Shown one piece after another: positions 10,253 to 19,613 of a stretch of DNA of 64,000 nt. The position numbers were made by a program, and so were the translations under genes. Every line of letters begins with the position of its first letter. Position 1 is the stretch's first letter. The notes below the pieces were generated by a model that did not search any database, was not told the DNA's origin, and was given only the letters and a program-made list of their open reading frames with translations. The stretch covers positions 9,713-73,712 of the forward strand of contig JAZIGN010000002.1 of the NCBI GenBank assembly GCA_036679065.1, read 5' to 3'. This stretch comes from Coprothermobacterota bacterium. GTDB taxonomy: Bacteria; Coprothermobacterota; Coprothermobacteria; Coprothermobacterales; Coprothermobacteraceae.

Positions 10253-10476
10253 CCAGCACTGGATAGCAAAACAATCTCTTCCTCGTTGCCAGTAACTACA
10301 TATTCTTCTGAAACCTTTAGATCACCCACCTTTGCCCCCATGAACAAACTAAAAGGCACATTCCAAAGACGTTTTACCAGCTCACCTAATGTTATGGGCT
10401 CATCCAAAAGAACCTCAAGACCTTCAGGTGGCACTGACAGAACTTCAGCCATGTGGCCTACAATTTTCACTCGCAT
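10249..10476 (-). CDS. MoaD/ThiS-like beta-grasp (ubiquitin-like) protein ending -SSAG
   Basis: 75 aa, MRVKIVG..., TLGELVKRL, EEIVLL...G C-terminal pattern. Confidence 0.6.
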   Translation of the reverse strand: MRVKIVGHMAEVLSVPPEGLEVLLDEPITLGELVKRLWNVPFSLFMGAKVGDLKVSEEYVVTGNEEEIVLLSSAG

Positions 10477-10532
10477 AAGTTAAAGTTTAATACGTTTTCG
10501 AGTGAATTACGGAATCGTACACGTAATGAGTT

Positions 10533-11186
10533 TTATTCAACAAATTGCACCACTTCATCAAATGATTTCATGGTTTTTGGGCGAGGTGTTTCATCAGGAT
10601 AACCAGTAGCGATAAGTGCCACCAAATCGAATCCTTCAGGCTTCCCCAATAGCTGTTCGATGTCACCTTTAGCTTGCATCGGACCTGTCATCCACACACT
10701 GCCCAGCCCCTGTGCATGGAGAGCCAACAAGAGGTATGCAATGGCTGAAGCAACAGATTGTATCCTCGGATTTGCCAAATCAAGCCAGGATTTCATCAAG
10801 GCAGCTTCTTCATCATGCACCATACGTTCTAGGTAGATTTGGTCCCTGCTAGAGGGATAGATCTGGGAATAGACTGCGATGAGCACGGGAGCTTTTCTAA
10901 AAAAGCCAGCACGCTCTACCATGGCTTGTGGATTCTCCATGTGGCGAGCGGTTTCCTCCCAGCTTGCTATCCTCTGAGCCCTGTTTCTTACAGCATCGGC
11001 GATGGCGTTTATCATGTCCTTGTTCTTTACTACTACGAATTTCCAGCCTTGGTAGTTCATACCACTGGGAGCATAGGTTGCCAATTCCAGCGCTTGTTTC
11101 AAAACTTCGTCAGGCACATCCTTATCCTGCCAATTCCTTACAGATCGCCTACTCTTGATAAGCTGTGAAAGTTCTTCAAAATTCAT
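10533..11186 (-). CDS. Nitroreductase family protein
   Basis: RRSVR, APSGMNYQGW, GLGSVW, GYP. Confidence 0.92.
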   Translation of the reverse strand: MNFEELSQLIKSRRSVRNWQDKDVPDEVLKQALELATYAPSGMNYQGWKFVVVKNKDMINAIADAVRNRAQRIASWEETARHMENPQAMVERAGFFRKAPVLIAVYSQIYPSSRDQIYLERMVHDEEAALMKSWLDLANPRIQSVASAIAYLLLALHAQGLGSVWMTGPMQAKGDIEQLLGKPEGFDLVALIATGYPDETPRPKTMKSFDEVVQFVE

Positions 11187-11204
11187 GCTCGTATCACCTT
11201 GTCC

Positions 11205-11558
11205 TTAAAACACCATAGGAATGTAGCCTTCGTTAACCAGCTTTGCAATTTCTATGGGGATTTGCACATTGTCGAAACCCAGATTATCAAGTTTTACTGT
11301 AACCTCAAATTTGTCACTGATGTGGCGACATGCCATGGGACTAATGCCTGCCTTAACCAATTCACTGATAAGCTCTTGTACCTCAGGATCTTCAGCTGCA
11401 ATCTTTTGACTAATGCCAAAAAACTGCACTTTCACGTCTTCGTAAAGATTATCTCTCTTGGATTTTAGTGCCATGTTCAAGGCAGGCATGATCACCTGCT
11501 TATCACCAGAAGAGATCACAATGACTACTTTCTTCTTATTTCTATTTTCGTTTATCAA
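11205..11558 (-). CDS. DsrE-family protein
   Basis: DVKVQFFG, ACRHISD, C-terminal GYIPMVF; TTG start after GGAGGTG. Confidence 0.7.
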   Translation of the reverse strand: MINENRNKKKVVIVISSGDKQVIMPALNMALKSKRDNLYEDVKVQFFGISQKIAAEDPEVQELISELVKAGISPMACRHISDKFEVTVKLDNLGFDNVQIPIEIAKLVNEGYIPMVF

Positions 11559-11635
11559 CGAATTCACCTCCCTATACTTATAGATAACCAAAGCAAAGCA
11601 CTACTATACGGCGGATCGTGATAGAATTCATTTAT

Positions 11636-12166
11636 ATGGAAAACTATATGGAAAACATTTATGACTTAATCAAACAACGCAGGAGCGTAAGGAGCTTTAA
11701 ACCAGATTCGGTAGATGATGCAGTACTAAAACGTATATTGGAAGCAGCACTGTGGGCACCTTCCGCTGGTAATACGCAGGCAAGAATGTTTTTTTTGGTT
11801 AAAAACCCAGAGCTTAAGAAGGCTATCGCTTCTGCTTGCTTTGATCAAGATCACGTGGAGTTAGCGCCAGTAATAGTTGTAGCTTGCACGGATGTTGAAG
11901 CCATGCGAGCTCTTTATGGGAAACGTGGAACCACCCTTTACGGCATATGTGATGTGAGCGCTGCCGTGGAGAACCTGTTGCTGGCAGCATGGTCTGAGGG
12001 GTTGGGTAGCTGCTGGGTGGGAAATTTTAACGAACAAGAACTTCAGAAGGCTTTGAAGATACCTAAACGATTCCTACCGGTAGCCGTGGTACCACTGGGA
12101 TATCCCGCAGAAGTACCACCCTCTCCCGCTCGTAAGTCCTTTGATGAAAGCGTAGTTATACTCTAA
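11636..12166 (+). CDS. Nitroreductase family protein
   Basis: RRSVR, APSAGNTQ, GLGSCWV, LGYP. Confidence 0.92.
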   Translation: MENYMENIYDLIKQRRSVRSFKPDSVDDAVLKRILEAALWAPSAGNTQARMFFLVKNPELKKAIASACFDQDHVELAPVIVVACTDVEAMRALYGKRGTTLYGICDVSAAVENLLLAAWSEGLGSCWVGNFNEQELQKALKIPKRFLPVAVVPLGYPAEVPPSPARKSFDESVVIL

Positions 12167-12207
12167 AAAAACATTTTTAGCACACTAAGACCATATAATT
12201 AATGTGT

Positions 12208-12648
12208 ATGGATATGGATAAACTATCTGAGTATTTGTTCGACCTTTATATCCAATTGCCAAGAAGGTTTAAAAGGCTATTCTATGCTTCAATGCAGGAT
12301 GAAGAACTACAACTTGGGTTAAGCGAGCTAAAAATACTCAATGAACTGGACAAAATCGGACCCTGTAAAATGTCAGATCTGTCTGATGCTCTGGTAGTAA
12401 CCATGGGCGGTTTAACCCCTCATGTGGACAAACTCGTCGAAAAAGGTTTAGTAAGAAGGTTCAGAGACGAAGAAAGAGACAGGCGACTGGTTTTGGTAGA
12501 GATAACCGATCAAGGACAGCGCTTATTAAAAGAGACCAAAGAGCAATTCTTAAGAACGCTAGAGCATCACTTGGAAAAATTCACGAATGAAGAAAAGGAC
12601 GACATTGCAAAAGCAGTAGAAACGCTTAGAAGAACCTTCGAGTTTTAG
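12208..12648 (+). CDS. MarR family transcriptional regulator
   Basis: wHTH with VDKLVEKGLVRR..DRR...ITDQG. Confidence 0.93.
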   Translation: MDMDKLSEYLFDLYIQLPRRFKRLFYASMQDEELQLGLSELKILNELDKIGPCKMSDLSDALVVTMGGLTPHVDKLVEKGLVRRFRDEERDRRLVLVEITDQGQRLLKETKEQFLRTLEHHLEKFTNEEKDDIAKAVETLRRTFEF

Positions 12649-12694
12649 GTTGTATAAAGACAAGTAAAGAATACCAAATGGACACATGAATAAC

Positions 12695-12731
12695 AGAGGA
12701 GGGGACCACAGATCCCCTCCTCTCTTCTTTC
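12695..12731 (+). terminator. Intrinsic terminator between marR and the aminopeptidase gene
   Basis: AGAGGAGGGGA/TCCCCTCCTCT stem followed by CTTCTTT. Confidence 0.7.
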
Positions 12732-12771
12732 ACATGCTTTCACTGCCGGGAAAGCACTGTTGCTAGTGGTT

Positions 12772-14178
12772 TTACTTCAAATGTTTGAAGAATGCTTGGT
12801 TTGCCTTGTAAGCGTAATAGACATCTAGTTTGCTGGAAACCTCAAACAGAGAATGCATGCCCCACAGAGCCACACCGATGTCCACTACGTCAGCTCCCCT
12901 ATCAGCCATGAACAGAGCCACCGTTCCGCCACCGCCTTCATCAACTTTCCCAAGCTCCGCCATTTGCCAAATAACGCCCTCTTTGTCAAAGGCTTCGCGA
13001 ACCTGAGCAAGGAACTCAGCGTGAGCATCGTTGGCTCCGCCTTTACCCCTGCTACCCGTGTACTTGGTCAGAACTGGCCCATAGTGCATCCTTGCAGCAT
13101 TCTGCATCTCATGAACACTTTTCCAAATGGGGTCTACAGCAGCGGTTACGTCAGCTGATAGCACCTTTGTGCGGTTCCAAGCTTCGTAAAGATCCAATGG
13201 ACTGAACGAGGGTTTGGTCAGTGCAATGAGCTTGGAAAGGAACTTATCGATGAAAGCAGATCTCATACCCGTGTTCCCCATGGATCCTACTTCTTCTTTG
13301 TCAGCCAAGATTACCACGGCTGTCTTCTCAGGTACTTCTGCTAGATCCAATAAAGCACGAAACGCCGTGTAACCACACACGCGATCGTCTTGAGCATAAG
13401 CACCAATGAGTGCTCTGTCCAAACCTACTTCTCGAGGTTTCAATGCAGGTACTATCTCTAACTCAGCTGACAGAAAGTCGGCTTCAGTAATACCGTAAGT
13501 GTCGTTAAGTAACTTAAGAACGAATTTCTTAACGGGTTCCTTTTCCTCATCCTTAAGAGGAACAGAACCAATCACAACATCTAAGGATTCGCCCGGTATG
13601 GCTTCATCCATGGTCTTAGACATTTGAATCTTTCTACCTAAATGAGGCAATATGTCCGGAATTACCAAGACGGGGTCTTCATCCTTGTCTCCCACAGCAA
13701 TTTCCACCACAGTACCATCTGTTTTAACTACCACACCGTGCAAAGCCAAAGGCGTAGAAACCCAATGGAAGTTCTTTATACCGCCGTAGTAATGTGTCTC
13801 TAAAATGGCAATCTGCTCATCTTCTTTTAGTGGCCTGGGCTTAAGATCCAGCCTAGGTGCGTCTACGTGTGCCACTACAATGTTTACGCCCTCAGTAGCA
13901 GGCTTCTGACCTAGAACAGCAAAAACCACACTCTTTTTACGGTTTTCAAAATATACCTTCTCTCCTGGTCTCCAAGAGCCTTCCAGTTCATCTAAATTGC
14001 GGAAACCCTTTTCTCGGGCTTCCTTTATGGACTGTGTAACAGTTTCACGTTCTGTTTTTGCCACAGCCATAAACTGCATGTAATCCTTGGCAAAGGATTC
14101 GATCTCTGAGAGCGTGGTTTCATCAACTTTCAAGTGTCCGTTCTTCCAGTTAATCATGAGCTCTTCAAAATTCACCAC
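12772..14178 (-). CDS. M18 family aminopeptidase
   Basis: AHVDAP, HYYGGI, QDDR, DKEEVGS, SADV, MHS. Confidence 0.92.
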   Translation of the reverse strand: MVNFEELMINWKNGHLKVDETTLSEIESFAKDYMQFMAVAKTERETVTQSIKEAREKGFRNLDELEGSWRPGEKVYFENRKKSVVFAVLGQKPATEGVNIVVAHVDAPRLDLKPRPLKEDEQIAILETHYYGGIKNFHWVSTPLALHGVVVKTDGTVVEIAVGDKDEDPVLVIPDILPHLGRKIQMSKTMDEAIPGESLDVVIGSVPLKDEEKEPVKKFVLKLLNDTYGITEADFLSAELEIVPALKPREVGLDRALIGAYAQDDRVCGYTAFRALLDLAEVPEKTAVVILADKEEVGSMGNTGMRSAFIDKFLSKLIALTKPSFSPLDLYEAWNRTKVLSADVTAAVDPIWKSVHEMQNAARMHYGPVLTKYTGSRGKGGANDAHAEFLAQVREAFDKEGVIWQMAELGKVDEGGGGTVALFMADRGADVVDIGVALWGMHSLFEVSSKLDVYYAYKANQAFFKHLK

Positions 14179-14249
14179 ACATGCGCCTCCTTCGTTTACA
14201 AACAAATATAGTTTAACATTGTATTGAAGTTAACCACTCGCGGGGGGTT

Positions 14250-14264
14250 TGCTATAATTCTTTT
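14250..14264 (+). promoter_or_regulatory. Extended -10 promoter of udk (probably leaderless)
   Basis: TGcTATAAT 6 nt before the GTG start, no SD. Confidence 0.6.
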
Positions 14265-14954
14265 GTGCAGAAAAAGTACCTTCTTCTTGGTATAGCTGGC
14301 GGAACAGGTTCAGGTAAGACCACGGTTGCAAAAACCTTACATGATATTGTCCCGAAAGACCAGGTGACCATGCTCAGCATGGACTCTTACTACAGAGATT
14401 TCCCGGACCTGAGCTTGGAAGAACGTCGGAAGTTAAATTATGACCACCCCAATGCTTTCGACTTTGATTTACTTTATAAACACTTGCAGATGCTAATCCA
14501 AGGAGAGTCCATAAAAGTACCAGAATATTCCTTTGAACTTTATGGAAGAACGGGTAACTACGAGATTGTAGTGCCCAGGCCTGTAATCATAGTAGAAGGC
14601 ATTCTGTTGTTTTACGATGAACGCATTAGGAATTTGTTCGATATAAAAATCTACGTGGATACCGATGCTGACGTGAGAATACTGAGAAGACTAAAACGCG
14701 ATGTGGAAAAACGAGGTCGCACACTGGACTCTGTTATTAAGCAGTACTTGGAAACAGTACGTCCCATGCACATCCAGTTTGTGGAACCAACGAAGAGATT
14801 TGCTGATATCATCGTCCCAGAAGGTGGAAAGAACATGGTTGCCATGGACATAATTAAAGCTAAAATACAAGTGCTTCTGCAAGAACTTTATGATGATAAA
14901 AGCTATAAGAGTGACAATGATTCCTCTGTATTAGGGGAGGAAGGAGACATATGA
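14265..14954 (+). CDS. udk: Uridine kinase
   Basis: GIAGGTGSGKTT, NYDHPNAFD, RRLKRD, FVEPTKRFADII. Confidence 0.96.
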   Translation: MQKKYLLLGIAGGTGSGKTTVAKTLHDIVPKDQVTMLSMDSYYRDFPDLSLEERRKLNYDHPNAFDFDLLYKHLQMLIQGESIKVPEYSFELYGRTGNYEIVVPRPVIIVEGILLFYDERIRNLFDIKIYVDTDADVRILRRLKRDVEKRGRTLDSVIKQYLETVRPMHIQFVEPTKRFADIIVPEGGKNMVAMDIIKAKIQVLLQELYDDKSYKSDNDSSVLGEEGDI

Positions 14955-15505
14955 ACAAAGTGGAAGAAGAACTTTTGGCGGCTGTCCGCGCCATTAACAC
15001 GAGCATGCTGGCTAGTGACGGCCATACCACCATATCAATAAAGTTGGAAAACGGCAACATACTGGCAGTAGTGGGTAAGAAAGACCCATTTGTTACCGAA
15101 GAGGATTTACTGGAGATAGAACCCAGTGGTGAAGTTCTAAGAGGCAATCCTGAGGAAGAAATTTTGGTTCACTTAGACATTTACAGACATTGGGACAACG
15201 TGAAAGCATTAATTCACTCCTATCCTATTAGCCTCGTGAATCTAGCTTTGGGACGAGTACCCATGGCAGAAAACGTTGAACCAGGCATGTTATTTCAAGA
15301 TCTTCAGATCATCGCTGCACCACCTTTGGATAGGAAACAGCTCATAGAGCAAATAAAGGACATCTTTGACGTGGGGGTGGCTTTAGTAACCACTGATTTT
15401 GGCCTCCTATTGGCTGGAGAGAGTTTGTGGGAAGTGTTCTTCCGGTTGCAACAGCTGGAAGAATTGGCTGAACGAATCACATTTAAGAGCATCGTAGGAC
15501 ATTAG
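14951..15505 (+). CDS. Class II aldolase/adducin-fold protein (metal ligands degenerate)
   Basis: E...HLDIY....KALIH, GLLLAGESL pattern. Confidence 0.7.
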   Translation: MNKVEEELLAAVRAINTSMLASDGHTTISIKLENGNILAVVGKKDPFVTEEDLLEIEPSGEVLRGNPEEEILVHLDIYRHWDNVKALIHSYPISLVNLALGRVPMAENVEPGMLFQDLQIIAAPPLDRKQLIEQIKDIFDVGVALVTTDFGLLLAGESLWEVFFRLQQLEELAERITFKSIVGH

Positions 15506-15509
15506 AGAT

Positions 15510-16478
15510 ATGGAATACGTAAAGAGAATCTTTTCAATTGAACTTAAACCGGGTATGACCAACGTCAAAGAACTCTTTGTCCTGCAGCAAAAAACTTACG
15601 GCTCAAAAAAGAAAGACGGCAGCCACTACGCAAACTTAGTGCTTTCTGATGCTAAAGGAAGCATTAGGGGCTTCATGGAGCTTAATGACAACGGCATGAT
15701 AAACATTGAGAACGGCCAACTAGTCTGCTGCACAGGTAATATTGGCGAATTTAACTCTGAAGTAACCATGTATGTCTCTCACATAGAACAAGTGGATTTA
15801 TCTGTTATCGACGAAAAGACTTTGGCACTGCTTTATCCCAGCGTGGAAAATCCGGAACAATTAAAAGCAGATCTAAGGAACTTGGTAGAAAGCGTAGAAA
15901 ACACTGAAATGAAATTGCTGCTGGAGTACGTATTGTTCGAAAAAATCTGGGACCAATTTATTAAGAAACCAGCAGCCAAGAGTATTCACCACGCGCGCAT
16001 CGGTGGACTTTTGGAACACTCTGTTCACGTAGCTGAAATAGTTAGTGATCTTTCAAGGTTTTATCCTGACGTAAACAGAGACCTGGCTCTCACAGGAGCA
16101 CTTTTGCACGATATTGGCAAAGTGGAAGAAATGAGTATACCAGGGGGCGATTACACCGACAACGGCAAACTGCTGGGGCATGTGGTTCACGGCTCGCTTA
16201 TGTTGGCAAAATTCATGGATAACTTAGGTTTAGACGAATCCTTGAAACAAGCACTGCTTCACATTGTGCTCAGCCACCACGGAGAGAAAGAATGGGGTTC
16301 ACCAGTTAAGCCAAAAACATTGGAAGCTTTGCTGGTAGCCATGGCGGATCGCACAGATGCATATTTAGACCACGCCCAGAAGATTTACCGTGAAACCAAG
16401 GCAAAAGGACTAAAATGGTCGCACTACAGCGAACCCTTAGATGCAGCCATATTTGTTTTGGACGAGGATTCTAACTGA
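15510..16478 (+). CDS. yhaM: OB-fold + HD domain 3'-5' exoribonuclease (YhaM family)
   Basis: PAAKSIHHA, GGLLEHS, LLHDIGK, SHHG..EWGSP. Confidence 0.85.
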   Translation: MEYVKRIFSIELKPGMTNVKELFVLQQKTYGSKKKDGSHYANLVLSDAKGSIRGFMELNDNGMINIENGQLVCCTGNIGEFNSEVTMYVSHIEQVDLSVIDEKTLALLYPSVENPEQLKADLRNLVESVENTEMKLLLEYVLFEKIWDQFIKKPAAKSIHHARIGGLLEHSVHVAEIVSDLSRFYPDVNRDLALTGALLHDIGKVEEMSIPGGDYTDNGKLLGHVVHGSLMLAKFMDNLGLDESLKQALLHIVLSHHGEKEWGSPVKPKTLEALLVAMADRTDAYLDHAQKIYRETKAKGLKWSHYSEPLDAAIFVLDEDSN

Positions 16479-16548
16479 TATCACTACAAAGCCTGTAAAC
16501 GCTTCGTTTATCCATCATACACTCATATCTCTGCTATAACCAAATCTA

Positions 16549-16578
16549 TTGACTATGGGGGAAACTGTGGTATATAAT
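16549..16578 (+). promoter_or_regulatory. Sigma70-type promoter of hup
   Basis: TTGACT-18 nt-TATAAT. Confidence 0.6.
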
Positions 16579-16630
16579 ACGCTTAGAGGGTATGATGCAT
16601 AACCCTCTAAAAACCAGGAGGTGGACAAAA

Positions 16631-16894
16631 ATGACAAAACCAGAATTGGTAGATGCTTTAGCAGAGAGGACCGGAATGAAGAAGAAAGACGCAGAGCTGT
16701 TTTTGAACGCTTTCATGGATGTGGTCACGGAAACCGTGAAGAGCGGTGAACCAGTAGTTTTGGTGGGCTTTGGTAAGTTTATGCTGCGCGAAAGAAAAGC
16801 CAGAAAAGGCGTCAACCCAAAGACCCGTGAACCCATCGACATTCCAGCCAAGAAGACCGTGGTATTCAAACCCGGCAAAGAGCTTCGTGACTAA
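16631..16894 (+). CDS. hup: DNA-binding protein HU
   Basis: MTKPELV, GFGKF, ARKGVNPKT, FKPGKEL; AGGAGGTG RBS. Confidence 0.96.
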   Translation: MTKPELVDALAERTGMKKKDAELFLNAFMDVVTETVKSGEPVVLVGFGKFMLRERKARKGVNPKTREPIDIPAKKTVVFKPGKELRD

Positions 16895-16924
16895 GGAAAG
16901 CTAACAAGAGGAAGAGAATTAACA

Positions 16925-16956
16925 GGGGACCCACATATAAGGGTCCCCTCTTTTTT
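16925..16956 (+). terminator. Intrinsic terminator of hup
   Basis: GGGGACCC/GGGTCCCC stem followed by TCTTTTTT. Confidence 0.85.
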
Positions 16957-16980
16957 ATATGCATCCCAAAAAGCTAAACC

Positions 16981-18186
16981 TTAAGTGCCTTCTCGTTTGA
17001 GTACAGATTTGACAGTAAGAAGCAGTATTTTAATGTCAGTGGAAAGCACATTGGGACTGGTTATGTAAAACAGGTCGAAGAAGAACTTGTGCTTGAAGTC
17101 AACGCTGTAGCTGGCATATACCTGAGCGTAGCCTGTAAGCCCTGGTTTCACAATTAAGCGTAACCTAAAATCCTCAATCTCATCTAAAGCCTTTTCATAG
17201 AACTCAGGTCTTTCAGGCCTCGGACCTACCACAGACATATCACCTACAAGCACATTGAAGAACTGAGGAAGCTCATCTAAACGTGTCTTCCTTAGGAATC
17301 TTCCAACCCTTGTAATTCTTGGATCATCTTCACTAGCCAACACCGGACCTGTGTACTTTTCCGCCTCGGGTATCATGGTTCTAAACTTTATCACTTTAAA
17401 GGGCCTTCCTCCTTGACCCAAGCGCTTCTGGGTGTAAAAAATAGGCCCAGGGCTGTCGATGAAAATGGCTAAAGCAATAAAAGGCAAAAGAATCACTGTT
17501 ATGGCACTCCCTAAAAGCCCGATAATAATATCCACTACTCTTTTTAAGAAAACCTGTACTCGATCAAAAATCCACGAATGGATAAGTATAAAAGGATGGT
17601 CGTCGAAAGATACCATGAGGCCGTTGAGAAGAGCCATTTGCTCCACTGTTGGATCAATAATAACTGGTTTACCATGCTCAATGCCTTTCTTTAGCTCCTC
17701 CACCAAATCTAAACCAGCTATGACAATGGCTTGGGCTTCATCAACGGACTGAGTTCTATTACTAGAAAGCAGTGAAGCAATACTTTCATCAACCCCTTTG
17801 ACGAACACACTTGGAAAAGGCTCCTTGGATATGAACCGAACCTTAAGCCAAGTAATAAGGAAAAAGAGCAGTAGCTGGTACAGGAGTGCGTAAAGGATAA
17901 CACTTCTTGGAAACGCAAAAGCCCTTAGCCAGAAAGACAGCACCAAGGAAGCAAGGCTGGCACCTGCAATGGAAATAACAGTAGCCCAAGCTATGTCTTC
18001 AAAGGATCTGGTATAGGTGGCATAGGCATCCAGGTAATACATGAGAAACAGGAATATTAAGGCAGACCAAGGGAGAACAATCAACATGGACTCAAGGTTT
18101 TCGGGAGGTATGGGGAAGCCAAATTTTGTCAAAGAACCTAAAGCATAGGACGAAAGAAAAACCAAGAGGTCAATTACTGCCCACAC
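16981..18186 (-). CDS. Polyprenyl-phosphate glycosyl-phosphotransferase (bacterial sugar transferase, WcaJ/CpsE-like)
   Basis: KFRTM, DPRITRVGRFLRKTRLDELPQ, VGPRPE, KPGLTGYAQV; N-terminal TM helices. Confidence 0.92.
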   Translation of the reverse strand: MWAVIDLLVFLSSYALGSLTKFGFPIPPENLESMLIVLPWSALIFLFLMYYLDAYATYTRSFEDIAWATVISIAGASLASLVLSFWLRAFAFPRSVILYALLYQLLLFFLITWLKVRFISKEPFPSVFVKGVDESIASLLSSNRTQSVDEAQAIVIAGLDLVEELKKGIEHGKPVIIDPTVEQMALLNGLMVSFDDHPFILIHSWIFDRVQVFLKRVVDIIIGLLGSAITVILLPFIALAIFIDSPGPIFYTQKRLGQGGRPFKVIKFRTMIPEAEKYTGPVLASEDDPRITRVGRFLRKTRLDELPQFFNVLVGDMSVVGPRPERPEFYEKALDEIEDFRLRLIVKPGLTGYAQVYASYSVDFKHKFFFDLFYITSPNVLSTDIKILLLTVKSVLKREGT

Positions 18187-19549
18187 TGGAAAACCACTCC
18201 TTCAACCGCTTCTTTGCATAATCCAGGTCAATCTGCAACAAATCTGCTACTGCCTCTGGATCCAAGCCTGCCATGGCAACCGCCTGCCTGAAAGCTCTAC
18301 GCTCTGCTTCCAACAGAACCTCTTTTAAAGGCCTCAAGGCGGGCTTCGGTTCAACAACCTGAGGTGGAAGTACGTCTAAGGTGAGAACTTTACCTGAACA
18401 CAAAGCAACGGCACGAGCTATGATGTTCTCCAGCTCCCTGACATTTCCGGGGTAGTCATAGGCCATTAATGCCGCCATGACTTCCGGGGTGACCCCAGTA
18501 ACCTCCTTGCCCGTTTCCGCTGCGTATTTCTTAATGAAATGATCAGCAAGCAGCGGTATGTCTTCTTTTCGCTCTCGTAGTGGAGGCAGTTGTATTTGAA
18601 CCACATTCAGCCGGAAATAAAGATCTTCTCTGAAACTCCCACTTTTTACTAAACTCTGCAGATCTTTGTTAGTAGCTGCCAAAACTCTGACATCTACTGG
18701 TATGGACCTGGTTCCACCGATACGCTCAATGACGTGCTCCTGAAGCACACGAAGGATCTTTGCTTGAAGCATGGGGCTCATATCACCGATTTCATCGAGA
18801 AGAATGGTACCGTGGTTTGCCAGCTCGAACTTTCCAATCTTGCGTTCATCAGCACCAGTAAAGGCACCCTTTTCGTAACCAAACAGTTCACTTTCCAACA
18901 GATCTTCGGGAATGGCAGCACAGTTCACAACCACAAAGGGACCCTTGTTTCTGGGTGAGTTGTAGTGGATTGCCCTACTGACCAATTCCTTTCCGGTACC
19001 CGATTCACCAGTTATGAGCACCGTTACATCGGTAGAAGCTACACGTCCAATGAGTTTATACACTTCCTGCATGGCAGCTGACATGCCCACCATTAATGAT
19101 GATGTCTCTTTACTGCCCTTTATGGGTAACACTTCAGTGGTTTTGGAGTAGTCCAGTGCTTTGCGTACCTTTTCCGCCAAGTCGTCGATGTCGAAGGGTT
19201 TGGTTATAAAATCGTAGGCACCTCTGCGCATAGCTTCAATGGTGACGTCGGAAGTTCCGTAAGCAGTTATAACAATTACAGGAATATTTTTCAATACCAG
19301 TTGTTCAAGAACAGCCAAGCCATCCACTTTAGGCATGCGAATATCCACTAATGCGCAGTCAACAACCTGAGCTTCTGAGACCTTAAGTGCTTCTTCACCA
19401 TCCGATGCGGTAACCACTTCCAAAGACTGCTGAGAAAGAACAGTTTGAACCAGTTCCCTTATGGAAGGCTCATCGTCAGCCACCAAAACTACTGGCTTTT
19501 CATTAGTTTTTTTACTACGCTTTGACACTCTCTCTTCTTTTTTCTCCAT
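18170..19549 (-). CDS. Sigma-54-dependent response regulator (NtrC/AtoC family)
   Basis: Receiver (DDE, DIRMP, KP), GESGTGKE, ESELFG, GAFTGA, FREDLYFRL. Confidence 0.94.
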   Translation of the reverse strand: MEKKEERVSKRSKKTNEKPVVLVADDEPSIRELVQTVLSQQSLEVVTASDGEEALKVSEAQVVDCALVDIRMPKVDGLAVLEQLVLKNIPVIVITAYGTSDVTIEAMRRGAYDFITKPFDIDDLAEKVRKALDYSKTTEVLPIKGSKETSSLMVGMSAAMQEVYKLIGRVASTDVTVLITGESGTGKELVSRAIHYNSPRNKGPFVVVNCAAIPEDLLESELFGYEKGAFTGADERKIGKFELANHGTILLDEIGDMSPMLQAKILRVLQEHVIERIGGTRSIPVDVRVLAATNKDLQSLVKSGSFREDLYFRLNVVQIQLPPLRERKEDIPLLADHFIKKYAAETGKEVTGVTPEVMAALMAYDYPGNVRELENIIARAVALCSGKVLTLDVLPPQVVEPKPALRPLKEVLLEAERRAFRQAVAMAGLDPEAVADLLQIDLDYAKKRLKEWFSSVGSN

Positions 19550-19613
19550 GACTATACAGATGTAAAGATGTTATTTCCCTACTGCTCAATAAAAGAATGC
19601 TCTGTTCCTTTTC

